DNA of 63,804 bases, filler included, from Collodictyon triciliatum (taxonomy: Eukaryota), in the NCBI GenBank assembly GCA_043381765.1. It is 6 parts of 6 records of this genome, joined end to end, with 100 filler letters (N's around TTAATTAATTAA, not from the genome) between each part and the next. Parts side by side here need not be neighbours in the genome. Positions count along the whole stretch, not along the records: positions 10,655 to 21,209 come from JBHJMP010002638.1; positions 21,310 to 31,857 come from JBHJMP010002639.1; 4 more parts are not named here. The stretch is one strand, 5' to 3'. Positions 11,551-24,400 of this stretch are shown piece by piece. Both the position numbers and the translations under genes were made by a program. Every line of letters begins with the position of its first letter. Position 1 is the stretch's first letter. The notes below the pieces were generated by a model. It did not search any database. It was not told the origin of the DNA and saw only the letters and a list, made by a program, of their open reading frames with translations.

Positions 11551-13983
11551 ATGGCTCTGGTTGGGAAGACATTTCGAGTCTTCTTTGTCTTTGCAACCAC
11601 GTTGCTGTGGAGTGTCTTTGCGCTTCTCTGGTCGCCTTTCACCGCTGCGAAGAAGGCTGCGCGTGGAAAGGAGTTTGCTCGCCTGACTAAGGAGGCGATC
11701 GAAAAACTAAACTGCCAGGCAAAGTCTGTCTATCTGGTAGGTTTCCTTGCCCTCCCAGTTAAACTAGCCCTTTATTTTTTTTTTCCTTCCTCTTCCAATT
11801 TGCTCAAGAGCTGTTACCAAAAAGCTTGACCAGAGTAGTCTTCTAACTTGATCCTATCTTTCTTTAGACTTTGGCTTCCTCGTCCGTTCGTTTGCACGCT
11901 GTGGAAGCTGGGCCTGACGCTGGCCCACTTGTTGTTCTGCTCCATGGTGAGTCCATAAAGTGTCGCTTACTCACAGAATTGATTATGAATAGGATAGAAT
12001 GCCTCACAGGCTAGAGGCTATGCCGAATAGAACACATGATTGACTGTCATTTATATGCAAAGGGTTCCCTGAGTCATGGTATGCCTGGAAGCACGTGATT
12101 CCAAAACTTGCCAAGGTTTAGTTAATTGCTTAGATCGCCAACAAAGATCGTACGAGTTCTTTTTACATAGGCAAAAAGTCTATTTTGAGTTGATCCCACA
12201 CGAGCTTCTAAAATAAATATAAATTTCCCTCAGGACGGATACAAAGTGGTTGCGGTCGATATGCGTGGATATTCGTTCTCGTAAGGATACTTGTTTCAGC
12301 TATGATGTATATTATTGTGCAACAAACTACACTTTACTCTAAAAGTTAGTATAGTCTTTGACACGCACATGGGTTTAGCATTAATAATGATGAAATATAG
12401 GGACAAGCCTATCGGGCGCCAAAATTACCACGTAAGTGTGCTGTGTCTATTCGATAGCATTTGTCGCTTCCGGTACCATACAAATAGCATTCAAGTCCCA
12501 AGCCTTTATATTTTCGTCCTTTTATAATAATGATAGTGATGATAATAATTATAATCAAAGCCATCAATACCCAGTCATGGAACGACTCTCTTGCACATGA
12601 ATTAGGTTGATATTCTGGCCAAAGATGTCCATGACGTTATCACTGCAAAGAACAGGAAATCAGCATATGTAGTAGCTCATGATTGGGTCTGTAATATATA
12701 TATGAAAAAAAATCGAATCAGCCTCATATGTGTCCACTAGCTCATGTACTACTTGAAACGTATTTTAGGGAGCTGCTGTTGCATGGAAATTTGCCTGCAC
12801 CTACCCAGAAGCACTAGATAAACTTGTTATTCTGAATTGGTATATTCTCTATCTGGTTCACGATTTACAATTCAAGCAACATGACATATGCTCAATTCGA
12901 TTCACAGGAAATACAATGAGAACCCTTTTTCCTTTCCCCCCCCCCCTTTTTTTTTTCTTTTTTTCTAATAATAACCATTATGCACATATCAACATAAATA
13001 ATCTTGTTCTCCCAAATATTCTGTCCCATTGCAGCCCTCATCCGGCTGTCTTTGCTCGACAGCTTAAGACATGGAAACAGCTTTTGAAGTCATGGTACAT
13101 GTTCTTCTTCTCACTCCCGTATCTTCCTGAGGCATTCATGACCCACGACTCCCTCCAAACGGCAACAAACTTCTTCAAAACAATCCGCAAAGACGGTTTC
13201 TCCAAGTGGGATATTGAGGTTTGAAATTCATAACCCATATACCATTCCAGAAATCCTTTTCATAACTATAATAGTGATTACCGACAACACCATAGGACTA
13301 AAATATATGTACTATCATGACACTCCACTCTCTTTTAGTACTACGCATCATCCTACGTCCAACCAGGAGCAATTACGGCCATGCTGAATTACTACCGCTC
13401 CGCGATTCTTGATGGACTGTCGAAGAAGAAACCGTGTGTTGATATTACTCTCTAATAACTCCATTTTCATATATATGATCATTTCATGAGGCACAAATTT
13501 GTTTCTTATAATTTCTTTGTCTCTCCACTTGAGATTATAAGAAGAAAAAACGAAAGTAAAACATCTTTGTCCTTCCATATTCATGATTTATCTTATAACG
13601 ACATCATTCTACATTTCCCACGATAATTTGTTTGATTTCTCCTTTTTTTTTCTACCAGAAATTGGACGGTTTCTAAGCCAGTGATGGAGGTTTGGGGCAA
13701 AAACGATGTCGCGATGTCGCCCGAGGGTGCCGAATGCCAAAGATATGTCTCCAACCTTGTCATCCATTATGTCGACAATTGCAGTCACTGGGTCCAAGAA
13801 GAGGTACCTTGTTTATGAAATGAACCGTGGTTGATACACGGCCCTGGCCAAGGTCTTGCAACGCCGAATTGGATTGCAACATCCTTCTTCTCTTTCCTTC
13901 CTTTGATATTAACAACCATACTCTATTCATAGATTCCCGAGAAATTGAACGAATACATCACGGAGTTCCTTTCTCAAAAATAA
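11551..13983 (+). CDS. Alpha/beta-hydrolase-fold epoxide hydrolase (EPHX3/4-like) with N-terminal membrane anchor, 11 exons
   Basis: Spliced: LLHGFPESWYAW, DMRGYSFSDKP, VAHDWGAAVAW (Asp nucleophile), LKSWYMFFF and LNYYR (ring-opening Tyr), WGKND, SHWVQEE (His). Confidence 0.93.
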
Positions 13984-14455
13984 ACGATGGACCAGTCAAA
14001 CGCAATGACGAGAGATAGTAGAGAGTATATGAGTGAAAGGCAGTCATTTGATTTAGGGTTATTAGATACCGTCTGCGTTGTGCCCTGACGTTGCGATCTG
14101 CGCGCGAATTACCGCCCAGTCCAAGGGGCGACGCAGGCCACAAAGCGGCGACGATACCTCCAGATTTGTAATTATTCCACATATGCAATCAAATTCATTT
14201 CTTCTTACTCATACCTTATTAGTATACCGTTATCACTCCGTGTCAAAATAACGCTCTTGTCCGATCAGCCTTCTCGGCGGCATTACCGCAGCCAGCAAAC
14301 ACCCCATCGGATGCAACAGAGCGGACCAAAAGCCATAAGCAAAAGGCAAAAAAGCAAAAGGCAAAAAGGCAAAAGGGAATATAAGAAACAACCGTAGGAG
14401 TATTGAAGTAAACTCCGAAACAAAGCCTGCGCCCTACGCCGTGTCTGCCTCTGCA

Positions 14456-17400
14456 ATGTCCACGCCCACACCCGCCCGCTTTCTGACGCCGCCTGCGCCT
14501 CGTCCGCTGACGTCTTCGTCCCTTCAAAGCTGGAGCCAAATCAACAGCCTGGCCGGCCCTCGCCCGCCGACCCTCCCCGCTACGCCACTGGGGCCGAATC
14601 GTGCCGGAAACACGTTGGCCAGTCCAAAAAACATTCTTGCGAGAAGCCTCGGGTCTGCGCGATCCGCGCCTCCTGACTCTCCAGCCAACTACAGTATCTT
14701 TGCGACGCTACCCCCACAGGTTGCTGCGAATCCTGCGCCTTTGTCGTCCCCGTCTCAGAATATGCATATTCCTGAATCCCGCCGTGCCCGACTAGAAAAG
14801 ATTCTTACGGCAGAGAAAGGGAAGGATTCCATCCACTCAAAACTCCGGCTAAGGTTCCTGAAGCCTGTGAGTTTTTTTTTTTTTTTTTTACTTTATTCGA
14901 TTCAGGGAAAGCCTGTGAGTTATAATGTTCTTGTTGTTACATTCATCTGCTTGAGACCTTTATTGTATTTATTTGAGGNNNNNNNNNNNNNNNNNNNNNN
15001 NNNNNNNNNNNNNNNNNNNNNNNNNNNNNNNNNNNNNNNNNNNNNNNNNNNNNNNNNNNNNNNNNNNNNNNNNNNNNNNNNNNNNNNNNNNNNNNNNNNN
15101 NNNNNNNNNNNNNNNNNNNNNNNNNNNNNNNNNNNNNNNNNNNNNNNNNNNNNNNNNNNNNNNNNNNNTTTTTGTTTGTTTCTTTACTATTTTCACTATA
15201 CTGTCGGAAGGGAATGGAACCTGCTCTTCAAGAGATTATCAACAAAATCATCGATGAATATGTGTGCCTTCCATCTCTCAATATGTCAGATATGGACAAA
15301 ATCCAGGCCAGAATCAGTAATATTTAGTTTAACACCGTTTTCTCTTATTTTAGAGTTCAAATGAGAACCCTAACGGCTATATTTATCAATATACACTCTA
15401 TTTGCGTAATTTACCACATGTCATGTAATGCGCATGATTTATTCTTGCCATTAAATCCGTAGAAAATGCAGAAAAAGAATACAAAATCAAAGCTTCAGGT
15501 GGCCTGTATGAATCAAGACCATCGACAGGTCATTCGCGCATTTCTTTGGTACCTTTTTTCTCCTCGTAATTGGTTTGTTGGAGTAATTATTATATCAAGG
15601 ATATCTCATATCAGATGAGAAACAATTAGAAAAATAGGTTAAATAGAGTTCAAATTAAAATGAGTCCATTTTTAATTTCTCTACATATACATCAATCGAC
15701 TTTGAATTCCAATAAAGGAAAACCACATATCATAAACAAAAATACTAATATAATTTGAAAAAAAATCAAGCAATCAAGAGGGAGCGATGTGTCCAGACCT
15801 ATGACCACCCAAAGTAAAGGTCATTTGATTAGCCCTAGGAAACTCTCTGGTAATAAATCATTTTCAAGATTGACACAACCTCCCCCCCCCCCCCCCCCCA
15901 CAAAAGACTCCTCTCTTAAAAACCATTTTTTAAAAAAAAAAAACCCCCCCCCCCCCCCCCCCCCCTTTATTCGATTCAAAGAACATTGACACAACCTTGA
16001 TTTTAAGAAATATTTTATTTTATACAAAAACAACATAAATTGAAGTTCAAAAAATTAAATAAAATTAGAGCACCTGATGGATGAGTGGACTTCATTGACT
16101 TATGGTGATGTTGGGAATCACATGGAAGAAGTTCTCAAAGAAAGGGAGCGACTTTCCAGTATGAAGAAACAAATGAAAGATGACCTTGACAGGATTGTAC
16201 GTGAATTCAGATATACCCTAACTCAGCCAGCATGGTTACCCTCATGTCAAGAATTCATGAACAATATGTTCTTTGTTTTGTTTTTTTTTTTTTTTTGAAA
16301 TAAAGAGGGAAATGCACCTTTGCATATGTTGCTTACTGCATTTTTTTTCAGTCTATAGAAAAATACTCAAAGTTCCGTGCCATGCATGACCAAGACACTG
16401 ATGAGCTCTCAAAAAACAATCTCGCTAGCGAAATTTTGATATTGGAAGAAGAGATGAATGAGATAGAAAAACAAAAGAAAAGGGTAGCAGACCACGAAGC
16501 ACGATTGGTTGAAATTGCGAACAAGATGAGACGACGAGCTGCAATGAGACAGCTGGAACGAGCCGAACAAGATGAATTTCTTGAATTACTCAAAGATGAT
16601 TTAGAGGTTACTTTCTTTTTGTGTTTTATTATCGTAAGGAAATAATGCATGGTGACATTTGTGGAAACTTGAGTATGCTCGCTTACATTTCGTTTGGTCT
16701 CAATTTGCTTATAATACACCAGAGACAGAAAGCAATTAGACTTGATGAAGTCAAGAAGGTATTTATGTATCTCATTGGCATTACATAAATATATATATGT
16801 ACAAACTTATTTTCGAGATATAATTTACATTTTGAGTAAAGATGAATGCATGCAGAAACATGAGGATATGAGACAAGGTTTGCTTCAGAACGAGCTGATG
16901 TCATTGCGAAAAAAGGAAGAAGTACTTAAAGCTTTACAAGACGACCGTGAACTGCTTCAAAAATACATAGCTAATTATGACAAGGAGGTACCATATTCCT
17001 TTCCAATTTGGTTAATATTCCCTATAAATCACTCAATGTGAATGGCCTTGTTATATTTCAATATTTCTTACATGCTCTTGCGGCTCTAGTTGCATGAAAA
17101 AGAGGAATGGGATAATTATATGAAGGAAGTTCGTCTGGCTCGCGCCAATTACTTCAAGGAACCTTACTCAAAGTCTATAATAGATAAGAGTTATGAGGTT
17201 TCTATTTGTTCTCCATTAAATAATAATGACAGAACATATATTTCAGCTACAGTCGCTCATCAAGATTTATTTTTTAAAAAAAGAAAAAAGAAAGAACAAG
17301 AGACATGTGGCACGTCAATTGAAGTTATAACAATTCTTGTGTATTTTTGTGCCAAAAAAATTATCAGGATGAACTCCGGGCACAGAAAGAACTTGAATAC

Positions 17401-18117
17401 GTTGATGAGCGCATCCGACAGAATGAAATAGATCGGCTGAATAAAATACTACGAGACCGAGAGGAACTTCAAAAATCCGTCAATCAGATATCTCGTGCCA
17501 AAGAGGTCTACCGCCATGCGTTTTATTCTTGTGTTATGTATTCAGTTTTCTAATTAAATTTAACAAAAACAGGAGCGTAAGCGGCATGAAATGGAAGAGA
17601 AATCTCGTCAAATGGAGCACTGGAGAGTCGAGAATGAAATTGCTGACCGGAACGAGGAAATGAGAATGCGTCAACAATTTGAGACAAATAGGGAATATGC
17701 CAAGCAGTTGCTTGAACAATCACGGTATGTGATACTGAAAGGTTTTCTCTATATCAGACATTTTCTTGTGTATTTCACGGCTAATATTATACAATTGAAA
17801 ACTTGTTCGTGTCAGATAAACAAAAAGAAAAAAAGTGCGATTTTTTTTTTTTTTTACATTCTTTACAGAACAATTATTAACGCACCTAAAGAAAAATATA
17901 TATATAATTTTGAATCATTTCATGAAAAACCTTTAATAGGGCTGACACCATGCGAAAGAGGGGTGAGTCGAGTCAAATGTCAGATGCTGATAGAAGTATG
18001 AATAGAACATTGATTGAGAGGTACAGCACACGTTCTATATCGGTTGGCCATCCACCACGAACAGAAGTTTCTACTTACAACCAAAGTTTCGGAAGTAGCG
18101 CACTCATATTTTCTTAG
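14456..18117 (+). CDS. Long coiled-coil protein, trichohyalin/TPH-like, probably cilia-associated (contains N gap)
   Basis: Pro/Ser-rich first exon, then E/K/R/Q-rich helical exons (MDEWTSL..., EERKRHEMEEKSRQMEHW..., MSDADRSMNRTLIE) joined by GT-AG introns; TAG at 18115-18117. Confidence 0.7.
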
Positions 18118-18519
18118 TCTGAATATCGATGTGGACGCTGTTTTTTTTTTTTTTTTTAATACATCCTGCCTTAAATCACATACAATTACTTACTTTATGA
18201 CTGGAAAGCAGACAGCGATTTAGGCGATAAATAGTCTCCCTTTGACTCGTTTATATATTCATCCCTTGCATCAACACGAAGTCATTTTGATGAAGAAAAT
18301 TACTCCTATTTTATCATACAAACATCCCAATTACTAAAATGGTTATCTTATCGCAGAGTCTTTGAATTCCTTCCTTTCTCATTTCCATCCAAAAATAATA
18401 AAATTTGAAGTCAATCCATTTCAACAAAAAGCAATTCGGTGTAATCAGGCTATCCCAAAGTATCGGCCAAATCAAACAAATGAACATTAAAACAATAGTT
18501 TGTTAGCTATTCTCAATAT

Positions 18520-19199
18520 CTCCAACAGAGGGCTGTGGATAGGTGCGCGCGTAGTCCATGCAGTAACGACCTCTCCAGAATGCACCATGTGTCATAGTGG
18601 AGATGACTCTATCGAACACACATTTTTGAAGTGCTCTTGCTCAAAAAGTGACAGAATCTACACACAATATGCTTTTTGAGCTTGATTATGCTCCCAACCG
18701 ACTCAGCGCGTCTGGCATCCTGTTTGGCCCACAATACCAAATGACCCACGACTCTAGAATACTCTGGGCAGTCACAAGGGGACATATGCTGTGGTTCCTA
18801 TGGAGTGTGCGTGCATTCTCTCGCTCTAATGATTCACCCGAACGAGAAATCAATGTATCCAGGCTGGAAAGTCTCGTGCAATACGGCTTCCTGAACAGTC
18901 TGCTGAAACACACCCGCATTCTTCGCTACTCTGACCGCAAGCGAAGAGAGATGTGGGAATGTGTCGTGCGATATCTCCCACAAGCATATCCAACCCCTGC
19001 TACCCACGCAACCAATCAACCAGTTGGGTCGCCCGCCTGACCAGCTCGCTATCACTGACTTCTTTCCAGTGCTAACTTCTCCACAGTAGTGTCTTCTCTT
19101 ACCCGCGTTTGCTCTCTCCCATGCGCTCCCACCCCGCCCCTTTGTATGGCATAACCTCGCTACACTTTGAATGGAATGAAGTAGGGGAAAAAAAAAAAA
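18520..19199 (+). mobile_element. 5'-truncated non-LTR retrotransposon (L1/Tx1-like): ORF2 C-terminal zf-RVT region, 3' UTR and poly(A)
   Basis: NRGLWIGARV...SPECTMCHSGDDSIEHTFLKC (CCHC finger), 1-nt frameshift near 18647, then ILFGP...MLWFLWSVR; intronless; A12 at 19188-19199. Confidence 0.75.
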
Positions 19200-19415
19200 C
19201 TAAAATAGAGGGCTACGAGCAAATTGGAATCTTATTATCGTCACGTTCAAATCCTCGCGGCCGAGATCTCCACTTCCAATCTGCCCGCTGGTTTATGTTG
19301 ATCGGAAACACACAAACAGACCAAAACGACAGCAAACGAGAAACAAGAAACGGAATAACCAATAACTACAGTTGGCCGAGAGTGGGGCGGATCTTGGTCG
19401 TCTGCAGGATTCAGC

Positions 19416-20411
19416 ATGGGGAACACTGAATCACAGTTGTTTGAAATGGCTGGGAATGGCGACACCAGAGGTCTCGACAGCCTGCTTCTTTCTTCCGAAG
19501 TCAACATCCAACATCAAGACAAAAATGGCTATACTGCTTTGCACATGTAAGCACGGATAAACACAAGCATGATTGAGGCCACTTTGTTGCAAGGCACAAG
19601 AGGGCCGTTCTTTTTCTCTTATTGTGGCCATTTAAAATGAAAATAAAATGCCAAAAGTATTATTTATTCATTTTACTTTTTTATTTCATCATCGTCACCA
19701 AAGGGCTGCAAAGAACGGACATTACAAATGCGCTGATCTTCTGATCGATCGCGGGATAGAGATTCGTGCGCAGGACAAGTATGATTTAAACAAGGCTAAC
19801 CAAAACTTGATATCTTTAATTAATATATTCCATCCACCTCCACGAGTTTCATCGAAGGCTCTACTCATCGTTTATTTTATTCACCATAGCCAAGGCTCAA
19901 CTGCACTGCATTATGCATGTCTCAGTGGGAACATCAAAGTCATTCGCCGCATTCTTAATGGCGACCCCGACCTTGTATCTGTAAAAAACAAGAAAAGCCG
20001 AACGCCGCTCCACTTTCTGTGCATCGCTTGCTCTGCGGATGTGGCATGGATTGAGGTACTTTGATGGAAAAAGAAACAAGACATAGCATAAAAGCCTCTT
20101 CCAAGTGCGCTATGGATGACGCTATAAGCCTCTCTGATTCCTGCGTCTCAAAATGCCATCTGGTTTTAGTGCGCCAAAGCCCTATTGAAGGCAGGGGGAA
20201 ACCCAAACACGACGGATGTGAATGGCCTTTCGCCCATCGACTACATAGACAACAAAAACGCGGGCCTCACAGAGGTTCTGACGGAAGGTACACTTATCAC
20301 CCAGCGCCTTTGTTGTTAAGTAATGATTTCTGATTCTGACCCGCTGGTTTTCCTGCAGCCATGAAGAACCCGCTTGCTTTCCAGAGTCGTCTCCCAGTGT
20401 CTGCATATTAA
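19416..20411 (+). CDS. Small ankyrin-repeat protein with N-myristoylation motif, 5 exons
   Basis: MGNTES start; NGYTALHMAAKNGH, GSTALHYACLSGN, RTPLHFLC, LLKAGGNPN...NGLSPIDY; GT-AG introns in phase. Confidence 0.9.
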
Positions 20412-21002
20412 TAAACATTCATCAACCTTGTACCACCTTTGTTATTATTTGCCAGCCAAATCCAAAGGAATATCGAGATTGTGGGCGATGCTAATTGCCA
20501 TCAGTCCTGTGCATTGCGCCTTTGGCGCTTGGGATGGAGTATTTAGATAGATAGATAGATAGAATGATGGATAGAAAGAACGATAGAAAAAAAAAAGCCA
20601 ATAAATGAATATATAAAACCACGTGCTAAATATCTCGCACAAGAAGCGATATCACACAATTAGGTAGCTAGATGATAGTAGCCATGATATATTTTGTGAT
20701 TCTCTTCATTTATTATAGAATATGCTTGTGACAGAAACGTGATGAACGCAGCGACATTGCGATTTGCAAAGTAAAGCTTCTGTTGCAAAGGCGTGGTTGA
20801 GGATGAGAAAAAAAATATAAAACGAAGCTCCATATTATGTCCTTCCCTTCTTATGGGCTTTTTTTTTTCTGGTGGATTGAAGCGGAGAGAACACGACGGC
20901 AATCCTAAAAGCCAAGATAGAAGAGTCGGACCATGGAAGAAGCGCCGACAGTTCCAGTTGATATCGTTCCAGACAGTCACACGGCGCGTTGGTCAGGCCG
21001 GC

Positions 21003-21209
21003 CTACTGGTTCTTGGGCTTGGGCTGAGCCGGCTGGGGCGGGCGGGAGAGTGAGGCTGAGGCTGGGGCGGCTTCCATAATGGCCATGCGCATTTTAGAGG
21101 CGGTGTCATCCCCACTTCCAGAGCTGCCCACAAAGACGGCGTTTCCGCGGGCGGTTTGAGAGACTTCTTTGAGGGTATCAAAGTACTGATTCATCATGAC
21201 AAGCTAATG
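21003..21209 (-). CDS. C-terminus of an SPFH/band-7 protein of the HIR (hypersensitive-induced reaction) type (partial)
   Basis: LVMMNQYFDTLKEVSQTARGNAVFV resembles the HIR C-terminal VLVTQYFDTMKEIG...SAVFI motif. Confidence 0.75.
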
Positions 21210-21309
21210 NNNNNNNNNNNNNNNNNNNNNNNNNNNNNNNNNNNNNNNNNNNNTTAATTAATTAANNNNNNNNNNNNNNNNNNNNNNNNNNNNNNNNNNN
21301 NNNNNNNNN
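21210..21309. other. Artificial scaffold spacer
   Basis: N44-TTAATTAATTAA-N44. Confidence 0.97.
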
Positions 21310-21434
21310 GTATGAGTTTGTTACGATCTAGTTTTTTTTTTTGTTTGTTTTGTTGTTTTGTTGTTTTGTTGTTTTGTTGTTTTGTTGTTTTGTTGTTTTG
21401 TTGTTTTGTTGTTTTGTTGTTTTGTTGTTTTTAG

Positions 21435-24400
21435 TGGCTCCAAAGACTTTTCGAGAAGATACACCCATTAGTAAAGAGGAGGCAGCAAAGTTAGATAAGA
21501 GAAGGTGATAATTTCTTTCACGCCTTGAGTATTAGTTATTCTTATTATCATCACTGACATTATCAATATCAATATCACTATTTTCAAGAGGAAGAGTCGT
21601 GCTTGAGGACTTTAAGATAATTTGATTTTACCATAAAGGAGGAGCCGGACTGGAAGTGCTGATTTCAGTGTGCCAAATACTGCTTCTAGAAGAATCATAC
21701 CAAAAACTCCTAGCCTGATGAACATTGCGGAGGACCAAGCGACAAAGTAATCACACGAAAGGGGCATCTCCTTGAATTGAGAACTTATTCATCTTCATTT
21801 CGTTTTATATGTGTATATCCAGCCATCTTTATTCTTATTCAATTTTTATTCCGTTTATTGGCTGATTACCCGTAATTTTATTTATGATAGTGCACCCAAT
21901 AAGCAAACCCCAAGTGCCGATAAACCAACAGCGATTACGAGCGACCAACCATCATCAAGTAATGCGGATAATACCAGTGACTCTATACCTGTATCCATAC
22001 CAAAGCTCATTCGTCTGCGGTCGTGTGAAAACCTGAAAATGAAGACATCGGTTGGCGGTGGTGGCGGTGGTAGCAGTAGCGCGAGGTCAACTTCCTTACA
22101 TAGGTCTGCCAGTAACAACGATGACTTGAAGAATGCCGGTCAAGTAACGTCGACGGACGAAAAAACAAGCAAACAGAACCAAAGCATCCGGATAACAAAT
22201 TCCATAGACCGGCAACAATCTGTTGGTAGCCTACACAAGTCTACCAGCCGCGATATCATAGCAGATACGAGTAATGCAAAAATATCGACAAATGAAAACG
22301 CTAGTGAAGCCAGAGCACCAGTTGGATCCGTTGGGCCAAAGCTTGACCAAAAATTGGCGCCAGAAATTGTTCCCATGCAGGACCAGCCATCAAATAATTC
22401 TCTATTATCTGTGCCGATAGCCAAGGCGGTTGGCTCTACAAGTTCGTTGGATAAATATGATACGTCCCACTCCAGCCGGGGTGATTGTGTCTCGACATCT
22501 GGACAGTCTGTGGCCTCTGGTGTAGGAGAGCCCAAGATACCTGAACATGGAAAAGCTTTTTCCACGACATCAGAAAGCAACCAGGACCAGATGACTGACT
22601 ACATCAGCGAAGCCGATCGGAGCAATTTCGGAGACTACAATCGTGTCTCCGTCATTCGGCCAGTTGTTCCAAAACACATTCAGTTTCTGAGAAAGATAAA
22701 TCCTAGAGTAGACCCTAGTAATCTCAAGTCCTCATGGAAATGTCTTCTACTCCCATTTTTTTCTAGTAGAAATGACATGTCGGAGAATTTCTCCCCATCA
22801 TTAGAGATCGCTCAGGAAGATGACTTTGCACAGCCCGAAGAACGCGTATGGGTGTCGAAGTGTGAATGCACAGAGAAGGAACTCGAGGAAAGAAGAAAAA
22901 GATTCGCTTCTATGTATTTGAGTAAAGACTCGAATGGGGAAAAATTTGACGGTGCACAAAGTCATCCGAGGGTATGTGTTGCATCATACAATCACATCGA
23001 AACCGAATTGTACGGTATTCTTAGTGTCTATGTATATTTTTAATAGTTTATATAATAATATATTTATCTAGTTTGAAGACGACGAAATTCAAAGATTTTT
23101 GACTGTTGAAGATTTGGTGATGAAAAATGAGAAGACCAATAAAATTATGGAGGGTGCCTTTTGATTGGGAAACTACATTCGTTCTTTGAGAATCCAACTG
23201 CAGCATTTGACTAACTTCACTATTCTTTAGTACAATCAACGTCTCAAACTCTATTTGCGGGGACTGCTGCGTCATTTTTGGCCCTGGGTATTGGTATCCG
23301 GCCTATTCCTATCGAAGCGCCATTTGTATTTGAACCTCGGTCCATCATCAGGCGAACTATTTCATTTTTTTCAGTCATGGTATGTCACGAACAGTTTTCC
23401 CTTTCAGATGATTTTCCTTTGGAGTAAAGCCTATATCTAAACAGTCATTTAAATTTTAGTATAATCGAATACCGCATATATTCTCAAGGTTCTTTTTTTA
23501 AAAAAAAAAATAAATACATATATACAGGGGATCACGTACAACATTTGGGCTGTTCCCTTTCATATAGGATTTCAAGATGATATTGGATTTTTAATGATGC
23601 CAATTGATTATTTCTTTGACCTCATATTTATTTGTGACATCATTGCAACCTTTTTCACGCCGATTACGGACAAGGATGGGAAATGGTTTGCTATTTTGTC
23701 ATAAAAAAACGTATAACGATGTTTTTTCCTAAAAAAAAAAAACCAAAATTTTGCATCCACTTTTCAAAAAAATAATTTTTTAATTAATTCAACATTTTAA
23801 TAGGGTTATCAATAGATTTGTTATTAAGAAACAGTATTTTAAGAGTGGGTTCTACATGGACCTTGTTTCAACCCTACCGTTGGATGTATTTGCTTTCTTT
23901 ACTGGACTAAAATTTATAGGCATATTGCGCTTGCCAAGATTGATAAAAATCGGTCGATTACTGGAATATGCCAAAGTTTTTGAAAAAAGGTATCAACTGA
24001 ATCCGCCTCTATTCCGCATCATGAAGCTTTTTGCTATGTTCCTGTCCTTTGCCCATACATTCGCATGTATATGGTATATCGTACCCGAAGTTGTAAGTTA
24101 CCGGAACAATTGGATTGACCATTTTAAAATAGGTAAGGATTGCATTTACGATGAATATTTTATTACTATAATAATATACTATTTGTAAGATTTTAACGAG
24201 GAAATGAGGATGTTTCGTCATCGCATTTCTTTTTCACACACCAGAGGAAGACGACCTTTTTACAAAGTACCTTATCAGTCTGTACTTTGCTATGACAACT
24301 TTATGCACAGTCGGTTTTGGAGATTATACGGCGATATCAAATTTTGAGAGACAAGTCATGATTGTCGGTAAGCTTTACTCGCCGCTATTTCTTCAGTATC

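Noticed and set aside
15870-16000. Two long C-runs flanked by a repeated ATTGACACAACCT as a G-quadruplex element or MITE
   Set aside because: Homopolymer-rich, error-prone intron sequence with no terminal inverted repeats
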